Positions 15,965-31,348 of a stretch of DNA of 64,000 nucleotides are shown here, in pieces (the stretch's first letter is position 1; every line of letters begins with the position of its first letter). The translations under genes and the position numbers were made by a program. The notes under the pieces are model-generated. The model was not told where the DNA came from. It saw nothing but the letters and a program-made list of their open reading frames with translations, and did no database searches. The DNA is taken from assembly GCF_009914755.1 (NCBI RefSeq), contig NC_060925.1. The stretch is one strand, 5' to 3'. This DNA is from the human T2T-CHM13v2.0 reference genome, Homo sapiens.

Positions 15965-16404
15965 TTGGGTCCTCTAAGAAGCAGATACTGGTATAGGGTT
16001 AGGAGAGCCAATAACACCAGTGAAAGATTAAAAAGAGGAGGCTGAAGAATTGGGCAGGGAAAGCCTTCAGACCGTGATGCTCATGTGAAAGGAAAGGGAG
16101 AAAGGAAGAATGTGGTTCTAACCAGGAGGCATCTCTGGCAAAGTCTCAAGCAACCCAATGGATAGCTTGGAAAAAATATTGCCTGTTAGAAGAGTTCCAT
16201 GTTGGACAGAAATGACAAGGTCTTATTACCTCTTTAGTGTTCCGTAACTGGTTGGAAGCTGCCCAGGAAGAGCATCTCCTCAGCCCCAAAGCTAAGATGT
16301 ATCCTGAAGACACTGCAACTGGAGGCTGGCAGCTAGCTGTACTCCTTTTAGCTAAATTGCCTTTATTCTTGAAGGTAGAGCTGAGTAACGCCTGGCTGCT
16401 ACAC
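15965..16404 (-). mobile_element. ERVL-class LTR (LTR16-like)
   Basis: Same motif order as 8094-8491 (gaagcaga..., ctggaggctggcagct, terminal acaca). Confidence 0.6.
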
Positions 16405-16920
16405 ATAGAAAACCTTGCAGCTCTCCTTCCCACACCACTGGAGACTTGATCTCACACCCTGTCCTGCATCGCCTTTACAGCCCTACCCCCAATACTCTCA
16501 CTCCTCTCAGCCCTCTATAAATGTTACCATTTGTACTGTCTATTAGAGAGAACCCACTTTTCAGACACCCTAAACCACTCCTTACCTCCACTCTCACTCA
16601 TATACACGTTGCGAACGATTGAAGACCACACAGGCTGTCAAGAATTGGAAGTTGTATTACAGCCAACTACTTATGGGTTAAAAAGGCTTTTGCCAGATGG
16701 CCTAGCATTGCATTTTAGGTAAAGATGTAGTTCAATCTTTTAACAAGTAACAAACAATTTCATACCCTGCCTACTTGCTGGTAAGTTAGAGAGAAAAAGA
16801 ACTTCCTACTTCCTATCTCATTTCTTTGTTTTACATGTATCTATTTACATCATCAACAAAATAACTCTATATTTTCAAATAAATTGAATTAACTTTCTAT
16901 TTTTTAAAAAAGAGCTCTGC

Positions 16921-17700
16921 AACATCACGGATCATTAGAGAAATGCAAATAAAAACCATAATGAGATACCATCTCACACCAGTCAGAATGGCTATTACTA
17001 AAAAGTAAAAAATAACAAATGTTGGTGAGGTTGTGGAGAAAAAGGAACACTCATACACTGTTGTTGGGAGTGTAAATTAGTTCAACCATTGTGGAAAGAA
17101 GTGTGGCAATTCCTCAAAGACCTGAATACAGAAATATCTTTTGACCCAGCAATCCCATTCCTGGGTATATACCCAAAGGAATATAAATCATTCTATTATA
17201 AAGACACATGCATGCATATGTTAATTGCAACACTATTCACGATAACAAAGACATAGATTCAACCTAAATGCCCATCAATGGTAGACTGGATAAATAAAAT
17301 GAGGTATATGTACACCACGGAATACTATGCAGCCATAAAAAAGAAGGAGATCACGTCCTTTGCAGGGATATAAATGGAGCTGGAGGCCATTGTCCTTAAC
17401 AAACTAACACTGAAACAGAAAACCAAATACCACATGTTTTCACTTATAAGTGGGAGCTAAAAGGTGAGAACACATGAACACTTAGAGGGGAACAACAAAC
17501 ACTGGGCCCTTTCAGAGGATGGAGGGTGGGAGGAAGGAGAGCATCAGGAGAAATAACTAATGGGTACTAGGCTTAATATCTGAGTGATGAAATAATCCGT
17601 AAGATAAACCCCCATGACACAAGTTTACCTATGTAACAAACCTGCACTTGCACCTCTGAACTTAAAATAAAAGTTAAAAAATAAATAAGTAAAATAAAAT
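16921..17700 (+). mobile_element. 5'-truncated L1PA (about L1PA11-13) 3' end
   Basis: agagaaatgcaaat...gtgggagctaa...gggtactaggcttaata...A-rich tail. Confidence 0.92.
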
Positions 17701-17920
17701 TTGAAAAACAAGAGTTTTGACTTTGAACTAATAACTATAGTGGTTTACTTCTTACACAAATGAGTCCATTATACTCTGCTCTCTAGATTCCTCAGAATAT
17801 ATCTCAGAAGAAACGCTCACTTCAACATTTATACAGTAGCAAGTTGGTGGCAGGGTAAATTATCTCATGATTCCTGAATCATAGCTCCCATATCCTACTA
17901 CTGATGAACAGTCTGGCTTT

Positions 17921-18223
17921 ATTTATTTATTTATTTTTTGAGACGGAGTTTCGCTCATTGCCCAGGTTGGAGTACAAATGGCGCAATCTCGGCTCACCGC
18001 AACCTCTGCCTCCCAAGTTCCAGCCATTCTCCTGCCTCAGCCTCCTGGGTAGCTGGGGTTACAGGCATATGCCACCATGCCCAGCTAATCTTTTTTTTTT
18101 TTTAGTAGAGACGGGGTGTCTCCATGTTGGTCAGACTGGTCTCAAACTCCTGACCTCAAGTGACCTGCCCGCCTTGGCCTCCCAAAGTGCTGGGATTACA
18201 GGTGTGAGCCACCGTGCCCGGCC
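17921..18223 (-). mobile_element. AluS
   Basis: TSD agtctggcttt at 17910-17920 and 18224-18234. Confidence 0.95.
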
Positions 18224-18447
18224 AGTCTGGCTTTCAAAATCTAGTTGCATTTTCAAAACCCTGTATAGATTTTACCCATTTATTCCCCCCACCCCCGCCC
18301 CCAGCTTTTAAAACTACAGAGGAGGAGTTGAGCAACCATTTTTTTTTTCTGGTTATTCCAAAAACAACCACTTATTGGGAAGTGGTTGTTTTTGTTTGTG
18401 TGTTGTTGTTGTTGTTTGTGTCACTGTTTGTGTGCTATGTGTTAAGG

Positions 18448-18678
18448 CAGGAGTTGCAAACTCAAGGCCTCATGAACTACGTAGGTATCTCAAATTAAAG
18501 AGACAGGCAGTAGGGATGGGGGGGGCACAATAATAGTGAACTGGACCACACAGGCCCAGTTGAAAGCCTGAAGCCCTTGCTCAACTGCTGCACATTGGTT
18601 ACCTAGTAGGAATTTAGGCCCAGGATGGCCAAACTTTCAATTTTCCAAGAGAAAACAGAAATACAGATTTTTATGTGG
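18448..18678. mobile_element. hAT-Charlie MITE remnant (MER103-like)
   Basis: caggagttgcaaactc...ttttccaagagaaaacagaaatacagatttttatgtg. Confidence 0.5.
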
Positions 18679-19630
18679 CAAACATTTTTGGAAGGCAATT
18701 TGTCAATCTATCAAATTATAAATTGTGCATTCTCTTAATGTTTCCTGTAGAAAAACCCTATCGGGTACACAAGGATATATGTAAAATTGCACTTATTTAT
18801 AATAGTGAAAGTGGATGAAAAGTTAAAAGGCCACCAATATAGGATTGAGGAAACAGATTGGGTATACTACAAAATGAAAAAACTATAAACGTGTCTATCA
18901 AAGCATTTTTAATTTTTTTCTTTCCTTTTTCCTTTGTCTTCTTTTCTTCTTTCCTCCCTTCTATCAGTCTATAAGTGGAAGCACCTAAATTTTGCTCATT
19001 AGAGCATCTATCACAAAGAACAACTACAAAAAATTGTTGCCTCCAAGCTGACTTCCCTTTTCTGCTAGCCTTCAAGTGGTACTATTTAGTTATGCAAATG
19101 TAAGACAATAAGTCACCTGCTTTTGGAAAGAATAACAGCACCTTTTATTTAACAAGGTTGTCCTCTTCCTGGCACATAAAGAACCAACTTGCATTAGACG
19201 CCACTGAGAAGGAATGACCTGTACCCCCATTCCTATTCTCTGATACTCAAAGTCTACAAGAATTCTGGAAAAAACAGATGGGCTCCTTCCAAAATGCAGT
19301 GGTAGAGCAGGGTGGTAAAATCCTATAAATAAATTTACCTTGAGGTAACAAAGAAAGAGCATGGATAAGCCAGCCCCTGCAACTGAGTCTTTGAGAGAAA
19401 GGGAACTGTAGTTCTTGAAGCACTGTTGCAGTCCTCCTGAGGCTGACTTCAGCACTGGGCAAAGTGACTGTGTGGAAAGTCAGAGCGGGTCATTAAGAGC
19501 TATAGGCCTTGAGATCCCAGGCGAACTTTTCTTTCCCTGAGGAATCACTTTCCCTCCCAGGGCTGCTCTGGAGGGGCAGGGCCTTGCCCCAGCATCTGAG
19601 ATAATGGCCAAACTGGGCACTTAGTGTAAT

Positions 19631-20065
19631 TCTTTTTTAAAAAATATCAACTTTTATATTAGATTCAGGGGGTACATTTGCAGGTTTGTTACATGGATGT
19701 TGGTTACATATGTGATGCTGAGGTTTGGTGTATGAATGATCCAGTCACCCAGGTAAGAGAGCATAGTATCCAACAGTTAGTTTTCTAATCCTTGCCCCCG
19801 TTCTTCCCTCCTCCCTCTAGTAGTCCCCAGTGTCTATTGGTCCCATCTTTATGCCCATGAATACCCAATGTTTAGCTCCCACTTATATATGAGAACATGC
19901 GGGATTCGTTTTCTGTCCCTGTGTTAATTTGCTTAGGATAATTAATTGGATAAAGGAAATGTGGTACATATACACTATGGAATACTACACAGCCATAAAA
20001 AAGAACAAAATCGTGTCCTTTGCAGCAACATGAATGCAGCTGGAGGCCATTATTCTAAGTTGAAT
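19631..20065 (-). mobile_element. L1PA15/16-like 3' end with 5' inversion
   Basis: Antisense L1 3' end at 19631-19941, then the adjacent upstream L1 segment in sense orientation at 19944-20065. Confidence 0.88.
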
Positions 20066-20397
20066 TATTTACGCTGTGGATTACACCCTTGAAGATGGCT
20101 GCTCCTTCAGAGAGAAAAGTTCCTGTAGGCTAGAACCTTTGGAGACATTTTCGGGAAGTCATTAGGCATTTGAACTGAGTCAAACACTAATCATCCCAAG
20201 AAAAATACTTTAACTATTTCACAAAGTTTGACCAAAATAAATAAAAACAACCATGATAAATTTAATTCAACAAATATTTGTTGAGACAACAACTGAGTCT
20301 GCTAAGTATAAAGCTATATACTGGGCACGATGGGATATAACGGGGTAAAAAAGATAACCCAAAGTTGGTCACTGGCTTCAGGGAACCTACTGTCTAG

Positions 20398-20565
20398 AAC
20401 TAGGCTGTCCAATATGTAGCCACTTGTCTCATGTAGCAATTTAAACTTAAATTAACTAAAATTAAGTAAACTTTAAAATCCAGTTTCTCAGTCACAGTAA
20501 CCACATTTCAAGTGCTCTATAGCCACATTAACATCACAGAAAGTTCTATTGGACAATAGTGGTCT
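20398..20565. mobile_element. MER3/MER33-like hAT MITE
   Basis: TIRs gctgtccaata / tattggacaat. Confidence 0.8.
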
Positions 20566-20584
20566 AGAGTTGAGGGGCGGTGGC

Positions 20585-20772
20585 TGTGGTTTTCAGCTTT
20601 GCAAACCATAAAATCACTATTGTAACAACTCAGCTCTGCTGCTGTGGCTCAAAAAGCAGCCATATACAATAAGTAAATAAATGAGCATGATTATATCCAA
20701 ATAAAACTTTATTTTCAAAACTAGGTGGCAGGCCAGCTTGTCTTGTGAACAATAGTTTGCTGAGCTACTATC
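20585..20772. mobile_element. MER58A-like hAT MITE
   Basis: caactcagctctgctgctgtg...aaagcagccata...aataaaactttatt...tagtttgctga. Confidence 0.8.
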
Positions 20773-21428
20773 TACAGAAGGAAACCACTAACTATAGTAA
20801 AAGAGTGCAAGATAAGAATAGAGAATTGAGTAACTTTCTGTGGGAATTCAAACGGTCTTTATGGATGCATTACCTACAATAATAAAGTATTTTTGTCTTA
20901 AGCCACTGGCTTTGGGGTGATTTGTTAGACAGCAATAGATAACAGATAGAGTTAATCATACTATGCCCTTAATACCTTATATAAACAACTTTCCGAATAC
21001 CAAAATATAGTTTATTTACCATATTTTATATCTCCCAATGCTCAAAATTCATATCCTTTATGGAGCCTTTGCCACTTCTCCATGCAAATCTGTGAGTCTA
21101 CCCTCTAACATTTTAAAATCTCTACTACTGCACATTGAATTGTAAGTATTTGCTATATGCCTTTCTCCCTATGTATGGAAGTAAGCTCTTCAAGAATAAA
21201 GTTTATGACTTTATCTTTGAATCCCTAGTGTCTAAGACAAATTTGGCACCTAATAGGCATTTAATAAATGTTTGTTAAATTAGTACAGCCAATGACTTGA
21301 TATTATTGTCAGCAGCCTCAGAGCTTACATACTTAGCATTTTATACAGCTTTTGCACACTAGGTATATAATAATGTTTATTTAGCCATTGCTTACATCCT
21401 TGCAATAGCTCAATATTTTATCTGTTCA

Positions 21429-21768
<340 letters not shown>

Positions 21769-22782
21769 AATCACTGAAGCCATAAATCTCTATGTATTGT
21801 GCTTGATTTATCTAAATTTTCAACCCATGCCCTTTTTTTTCATAAATATAACAGTCTTGAAAGAAATTACAGTTACAGTTTTTGTGTTTTTTTTCTGAAG
21901 AAAATTATGCAGACTTATTTTATAAAGTGGCATGATTTACATTTTGGCATTAGCTGAAAGGTAGTTTTGTTTTCACCTAAAGCTGCTGTGAATATATTTA
22001 CCGAAGTGAATTTAATTTGCATATTAAATTTGCATTTTTATGACCAGGAGTTGTAATTGAAAACAAGAGAATTAGACACACACAAGAAAATGGGAATTAT
22101 TTACTGTTTAATAATTCAATTGTATCTAGTTGAAATCCTTCTAGTATAGTAAAAGCAATCACAGTGTTAGATTATAAAATATTACCAGATTAAATGTATT
22201 TTCACAAGAAACGGCCCAAGTAAATGATTGTATTCATTTTTCACAGTGGAGAAACCCATTCTGTTGTAAGTGATCGCATTATGTTAAAAGTCTAGGTAAA
22301 TGACCAGAATTGTCTATTATTGAACAAATAAATAAATGACTTCCTCCTTAAAATTAGTGTTTCTTAAAATGAATAAAGTTCATTATCTGGTTGATATAAC
22401 TTTAAATCTTTGATTAATGTTAAATAATAAATCAGAAAGCAAATAGACCAGCAAAAAAAGATATTATAAGGGATACATTTTTAAACACACAGTTATTACT
22501 TCAAAGTAGATATTAAAAAGGGGCCATTCATAACGGCCTTCCAGAGTCACACAGAAATATGAATCAGATAAAACTGCCCTAGACTGTATTTATTTTCTAT
22601 GTATTAAATTCAAATATTATTAATTTGTATCAAGTGATTTACTCTTAAAATTTGCAAATTATTGAATATATGTATCAGAAAAAAAGCAGTCAAGAAATAA
22701 ACATTTACATCTCTAATTGTCTAAAAAACACTATCACATTAAATGTTTCCTATGATTTACAAATAATTGTTTTTATTAATTT

Positions 22783-24420
<1,638 letters not shown>

Positions 24421-26054
24421 CAAATATCTATGCTTTTCTTTCCTTGAGTAATCACCTTCCCTCCTGGGACTTCTCTGGGTCCTGTCCTAGCATCTGCGGT
24501 GGTGCTCAAAGCTGGGAACCTAGTTGGAGCCTCCGTGTGATGAACTAGAGGTTTGTAGGTGACATACTTTCTGTAATGGTGAATCTGGGATCTAACGTTT
24601 TGGAAACATCAACCCTTAGGGAAGAAATGGTTCCTCTAGGTACACAAAAATGGTACTATTAAATTGGAAGCCAAGACTACCACTTGGATATTTCAGATTC
24701 TTCATGTCTTTAAGCAAATAGACCAAAAGTGAGCTGATCTTTATTATTGGTTTGGATGATGAATCCTGGATATTAAGAGAAAAAGAAATACTAGAGACAA
24801 TGGGATATGAAGCTGTATAGACAGAAGCCAGAGAAAACAATAGATCTTCAATTTTCAGTGTTAAAAATTAATGGCATTTTAATTTTGACTACCATGGAGT
24901 AACAAGGGCCAGATTAATCCTCCAATGTTAAAGAACTGGAAACATTAGATGACAAGCAGTATAGAACAATAATCTTTGAGAAAAGGAAACAAAAGAAGCC
25001 CCCTATAATCACCCCAGTTTATTGTTTAAAGAGAGGGCTTCCAGACTATAGTAGTGAGAAGAGGCCCCAAACAGACCCTGAAAGTAGTGCTGAGCTGAAA
25101 AGACAGAATTCAGAGTTAAGAAAGGCAAAACAGCTAGATTTCTGGGTGTAACTTCAGGAAGAAGAGTGCTGCACAAAAAACAAACAAACAAACAAATAAA
25201 AAAATGGGCTCCAAAGATCTGTCCAGGTCCAGGAGTCTGCTTTAGTCTATGGCAGAGTATTGATCTGCACATGGAGATTGTGGAGGAAACTACATAAAGC
25301 CTCAGAAAGGATCAACGGAAGGGAATAGGTGGACTTTTCCCTGGAGATCCAAGGGACAGGAAATCTTTCATGTTCTAATCAATCAGAGGGGAAAGACTCC
25401 TGATTAAGTAGGGAATTGAGTAGACTCCTTAGACGGTTATTACCTCAGCAGTGGAATTGCATAAGTCCTCAGAGGAACAGCTGCTCTGGACCTGCCCTAA
25501 CAAAGTTTGGGAAAAGAGACTTAAAAGGATAAAATTGTTTACAAGTAATTTAGCAGAATCCTAGAATAAAATCTAATAATATCTAAGGAGATTCAGCAAA
25601 ATACAACAGCAACTACAATGTTTGGAATTCAGTCAAAAATTTGCCATACAAAGATACCACTACATACCCACTAGCATGGCAAAAAGTTAAAACTGTAAAA
25701 AAAAATTAACTCTTTTCAATACTTTTATTGTTGCTAGTGGGGTTAGCACTGTTATTGTGTGTGTTTATTGAGAATATGGCAAATAAGCAAGTATGACATA
25801 GTCTAATTATATTGTCCTTCATAGCCTTAAGAACTAGGATTATCAGCAGTGTAAAGGATATATTGATGTGAAATAGAAGCACTACAGATGTAAGACTGCT
25901 CTAACTCTGAATTGAAAATATAAATATGAGCTCATAATATATTTTGTTTGAAAAAATAATCCCTACTGTGTTCACTGAAAAGGCCTGGAAGTAGTCACCC
26001 TAATAGAACTAAAAACTCACTAAAAAAAAACAAACTAAAAAGAGCCTTGGCTAG

Positions 26055-26420
26055 TGCTATTATTTTGCTGTGTCCTCATCCTAATCTCAGCTTGAGTTGT
26101 AGCTCCCATAATTCCCAAGTTTTGTGGGGGAGATAAGGTGGGAAATTGAATCGTGGAGCAGTTTCCCCCATACTATTCTCATGGTAGTGAATAAGTCTCA
26201 CGAGATGTGATGGTTTCACAAGGGCAAACCCCTTTTGCTTGGTTGTCATTTCTCTCTTGTCTACCACCATGTAAGATGTGCCTTTTGCCTTTTGCCTTCT
26301 GCTATGATCAGGAGGCCTCCCCAGCCATGTGGAACTGTGAGTCCATTAAACCTCTTTTTCTTTATAAATTACTCAGTCTTGTATATGTCTTTATCAGCAG
26401 TGTGAAAACGAACTAATACA
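26055..26420 (+). mobile_element. THE1 solo LTR
   Basis: Ends gaactaataca; 5-bp TSD gctag at 26050-26054 and 26421-26425. Confidence 0.93.
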
Positions 26421-26582
26421 GCTAGTTCTAAGTGTAAGACAGCAAAAGTACAAAATGAGTGTGGAACACCTTGTCATACCAAGTAGCAAAGAAACCATCA
26501 AAGGTTATTAAGATCATGTCGACAGGACTCACACCATTTAGAACATTGGCCAAGAAGAGCATCAGTACGAATAATAGCTGCA

Positions 26583-26882
<300 letters not shown>

Positions 26883-27736
26883 GAATAATAGCTGCAATGG
26901 CTTAAAACATAACTAAAATATGTTTAAACCCATATGTTTGTAGTGATGAAAAAAAAACTCTTAAAAACCTAATTAATCACTGTTGGATGATTCTAGGGAA
27001 CAAATACATTATGAAAATTAGTAAATAAAGGGATACGATCAAACATTTATCTTGCTTTCTTTATATGAACTGTAACGCTGAGTAACTAAATGATAGATAA
27101 GTAGAATTTTTCTCTTTAGAGAGATATTTCAGCTAATAAAGAACAAAGGTTACAATTAGAATATCACTATTTTGTGATAAATTAATGGAAGTAGATACTA
27201 AGCATTAACAGCCAATAACATCACAAAAAGAGAGCCAGTCAAATATTTTGTGCCTCCCAATAAAATATAACAATATCTATAAAGTGTCTTGGCAAGAAAA
27301 AACAAACTAATCTAAATCTGATCAGTCTCTAGAGCCGAAGTAAAAACAACTCAGTTTATTCAACAAATAAATTTCAAAAGGGAAAACAGTGTACTATAAA
27401 AAGTTATGGCATTTAAGAGACTATTAGGAATTTTAACAGTACCTGTTTGTTGATATTAAGAAAATATCCCTCTTTGTTTAGGTACACTTATAGTATTGTG
27501 ATTATGTTTTAAAAGAGTTCATATCTTGTAGGCATAAGTACTAAAACATTTACGGTGTTTGGTATCTGCTACAAAATATATTTAGAGGATAGATGGGCTG
27601 TAGATGAAACAAGAATTGCTGTGATACATGGGGATTCATTACATTTTTTCTGTATGCTTTTGTATTTCTACAGTAAAGATTTTAAGGTAATAAAAAAAAG
27701 AACAAAAATAGAACTCAGAAAAGTAATGGAAGACAT

Positions 27737-28064
<328 letters not shown>

Positions 28065-28440
28065 AGAAAAATAATGAAAGACAATAACAACCCTAAAAAG
28101 GTTCACCCAGAAATCAAATCCTTCAGAAATGATATAATTTGTTCAACTACAGAGTTTACATAATTTTTTAAAACCTTAAAGATATACCATTTTAGGAAAA
28201 GAAATTTCAATTAGTTTATATGAATGTTTAATAATAGTTAATTGTTACTACTACATGAAAAAATCTTGGTTATATTTGCCTCTTTTTAATGAATTTCAAT
28301 TAATTAATGTATTTTAGTCATTTTTTTGCCCTTGTCCACATAAAGTCAGAGTCAAAATATTCTAGTTTTCTTTTAGAGCACATGCCATTATTACTTACCA
28401 TAAGAAGAAATACTGCTGCTGCTCCTAATATTTATCAACA

Positions 28441-28525
28441 AGGAAGGAAGGAGGGAAGAAAGTAAGGAAGGAGGAAGGAAGGAAGGAACAAGGGAGGGAG
28501 GGGGGGAGGAAGGAAGGGAAGAAGG
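28441..28525. repeat. (GGAA)n / GA-rich tract
   Basis: aggaaggaaggagggaag... Confidence 0.9.
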
Positions 28526-29249
28526 CATTTGGTTTTTGTGTTCTTTCTGAACAGCATGATCTAGGAAGCTCTATGTCACTAGAAATGGCAGAACTTTACC
28601 GTATAAGAGTTGGAGGGCCTGTATTCTACTTAAAAATAGTTTTTTACAAAATATTTTTAGAGTTTGAGGTGAAAAAGGGAAAAAAAATGAACTGCTTTTT
28701 GTATCACTTTCAGACTTGTAAAACATTTTGACTGGTAATATGTTTCCATTTTCACAAAAATACTTTATTTTTTTGAGGTGAAGTGGGAATGAAAAAGCAT
28801 AAGGAAGAAAGTTATAGAGGAGGCAGAAGAAAAAGGAATAATGATAAGCACAGGAAGGGAGAGTGGGATTATTTTTCTCAAGAAATTTGCATTGTGCCAG
28901 AAATTTCAGAAGGAATCAAGTCTCCAGCCTTAAGACATAAAACATTAATGGGAAAGATTAACATAATACCATTATATTTTCAAAGTCCCAGTCAAATCCA
29001 TCAGTGAAATGCATGTTCCTATTGTGCATGTATTATAATAGGTACATTTTTGTAATTATTAAGTTCTTTAAATAAAATTATTTCCTTCTACTTTTTCATT
29101 CCAAAAAATTTCATTTATTGCATGTAAAAAAATGCAAAAACATATATAGAAAACACTGATTCTCTTTTAGCCCCAACACTGAGGTAACCCAGGTCATCGA
29201 CCTGGTGACCACCCTCACTTCTCCCTTTACATATAAAAGCATGCAAAGG

Positions 29250-29850
29250 CAATTTGAAGTTTTTGTTTGTTTGTTTGCTGTTTCAAACATCAAATATACC
29301 ATAAATATTATGCTGGAACTTACTTTATTCACTTAGCAGTACATCACGGACCTCTCATGTCAATAGATAGAAATCTAAATCATTTTTTTAAACAGTCACT
29401 TAATAATATTCCATTGTAAGAGCTTACCGCATTTAAATATTGCCCTATTAATAGATAATTATATTGTTTCCATATTTTTACTACCACAATTAATGCCACA
29501 ATAGAGGTTTCTTAATGTGGCCTTAAATAATGATATGCATATATGTATATATATGTATATATGTATATATGTGTACATATATGTATGTGTGTATATATGT
29601 ATGTGTGTATACATGTATGTATATACACATATATACATATATATACACACATATAGGAAAGCCATTTAAAAGTGGAGTTGGCAGGTCAAAGAGAATATAT
29701 ATTTAAAATTATAATAGACATTGACAGCTTTCTTTCCAAAATGTTTGCAATTTATATTCCCACTAACAATATATTACAGTGTCCATTTTCCCATTTATGT
29801 CTTATCAACAATGAATATTATAACACTTTTCAATTTTTGCCATCAGATAG
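29250..29850 (-). mobile_element. Old L1ME 3' fragment
   Basis: ttttattcacttagcagtacatc...caatttatattcccactaaca. Confidence 0.6.
29533..29655. repeat. Alternating purine/pyrimidine (TA/TG/CA) microsatellite
   Basis: atatgcatatatgtatatatatgtat...atacacacatata. Confidence 0.95.
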
Positions 29851-31314
29851 GAAAGATTGTAAATTATCAAAAGAACCGTTCTGCAGTGTTTTCCTCAAAT
29901 TGAATTCACAGTCTATCTGTTTAGGTCTCTGGCATCTATAGCTGGTTTGCTTCATAAGGTCAGCATGTAGACTGGACTTAAGCAGTGGTTTTCTTTGCCG
30001 TACTCTGAGGTCCCAGATTGACTACAGGAGACTGTATCATTGGAATTGAACTACCAAAAAAAAAAGCATGTTATATAGGTTAATACCACCAATTGTCATA
30101 TATGAAAGATACCTTGATATTCACTGGAAACAAAATAATAGAAACACAAATCTGAGGGGTTGAAGGAGCTATCCAATGCTTAAATCTTAACTATGAAATC
30201 TCTACCAATTTATTATTTCACCTCTGCTTAAATTCCTCTAATGATGGAAAACATACAAAAGCAGACAGCCTATTCCATAATAATAAAGCTAACTTTTATT
30301 GAACGTTTATTCTGTACCAGACAGAATTGTAAGTGCCCGGCAGGAAGTATCTCATTTAATCCTCACAAAAACCCAATGGGGGAGGATTTACTACTATACC
30401 TATTTCACAGAATAAACCAAGGCACAGATCACACAACAGGCGAGTGGTTGTATTGGATTTGAAGTCAACGGGAAGCCGTACTCAACCTCTACACCCTACT
30501 GCCTCCCAGAGGCAGGTTTAGAAAACTGTGAATGCTAACTCTCTATACAAAGCCCAACATTTCTTCCTGTAGCTTTGTTGCATTGCTCTTACTTCTACTG
30601 TGCTGGTTTCCAAGAATTCTCTTTAAACCTTTGCATACGAAAATACTACCAATATTTGCAAATAGCGATGAGATTATCTATTTGTCTTTAATTCTAGAAA
30701 TAAAAGTGTGTTTAATGGAAGCCAAAGAAAAATCAGCTCATAGAATCCACCCAATGGCAAGAGAGAGAAAAGATAAGTGACCAAATCTCTTACTTATTGC
30801 AGACACCAAATCAAGCTAGCTATGAGTCTTTATAGGAAATAGGGCTAAAAATTTCAGGAGGAGGAACCAAGTCTCTAGTCTTAAGACATAAAACACTAAT
30901 GGGCAAGATTAACATAAAACCATTATATTTCCAAAGTCCCAGTCAAATCCATCAGTGAAATGCATGTTCCTAAAAGGACTTCCAAGAATACCTCAAATAC
31001 CAAAGGATTAAGGTCCTTTAGTAGTACAATGACAAATGAGAGTACAGCACTTATAAGAGACAAGTTTAATAATGTTCCAGTTAGAGGAATTCAAAGATAA
31101 TGGAGGGTACAATCATAAAATTAAAACAACCAAAATTTCCACATTTATCACAAGAGAATGGATTCCGTAGAAACACAAATAGAAAACAAACAAAACTAGA
31201 CGGCATAAATCAGCATAATAGAAGTAAAGTGTGCCTGTGATGAACATCTGGTATGTCAGTCAAAGATTCAGCAAGAATACACTAATGTAAGGCTGACCTT
31301 ACATATGTAAGGAC

Positions 31315-31348
31315 TCTCTCTCTCTCTCCCTCTTTCTCTCTCTCTCTT
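31315..31348. repeat. (TC)n microsatellite
   Basis: ctctctctctctctccctctttctctctctctc. Confidence 0.9.

Larger units (their letters stand above)
28885..31185 (+). mobile_element. Fossil Ty3/Gypsy-type integrase (MamGyp-like), split by later insertions
   Basis: HHCC-like IVPEISEGIKSPALRHKTLMGKIN...*NACSYCA (28891-29028); core LLIADTKSS*L*V (30790-30828), GLPRIPQIPKD*GP (30976-31017), PHLSQENG (31139-31162). Confidence 0.55.
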
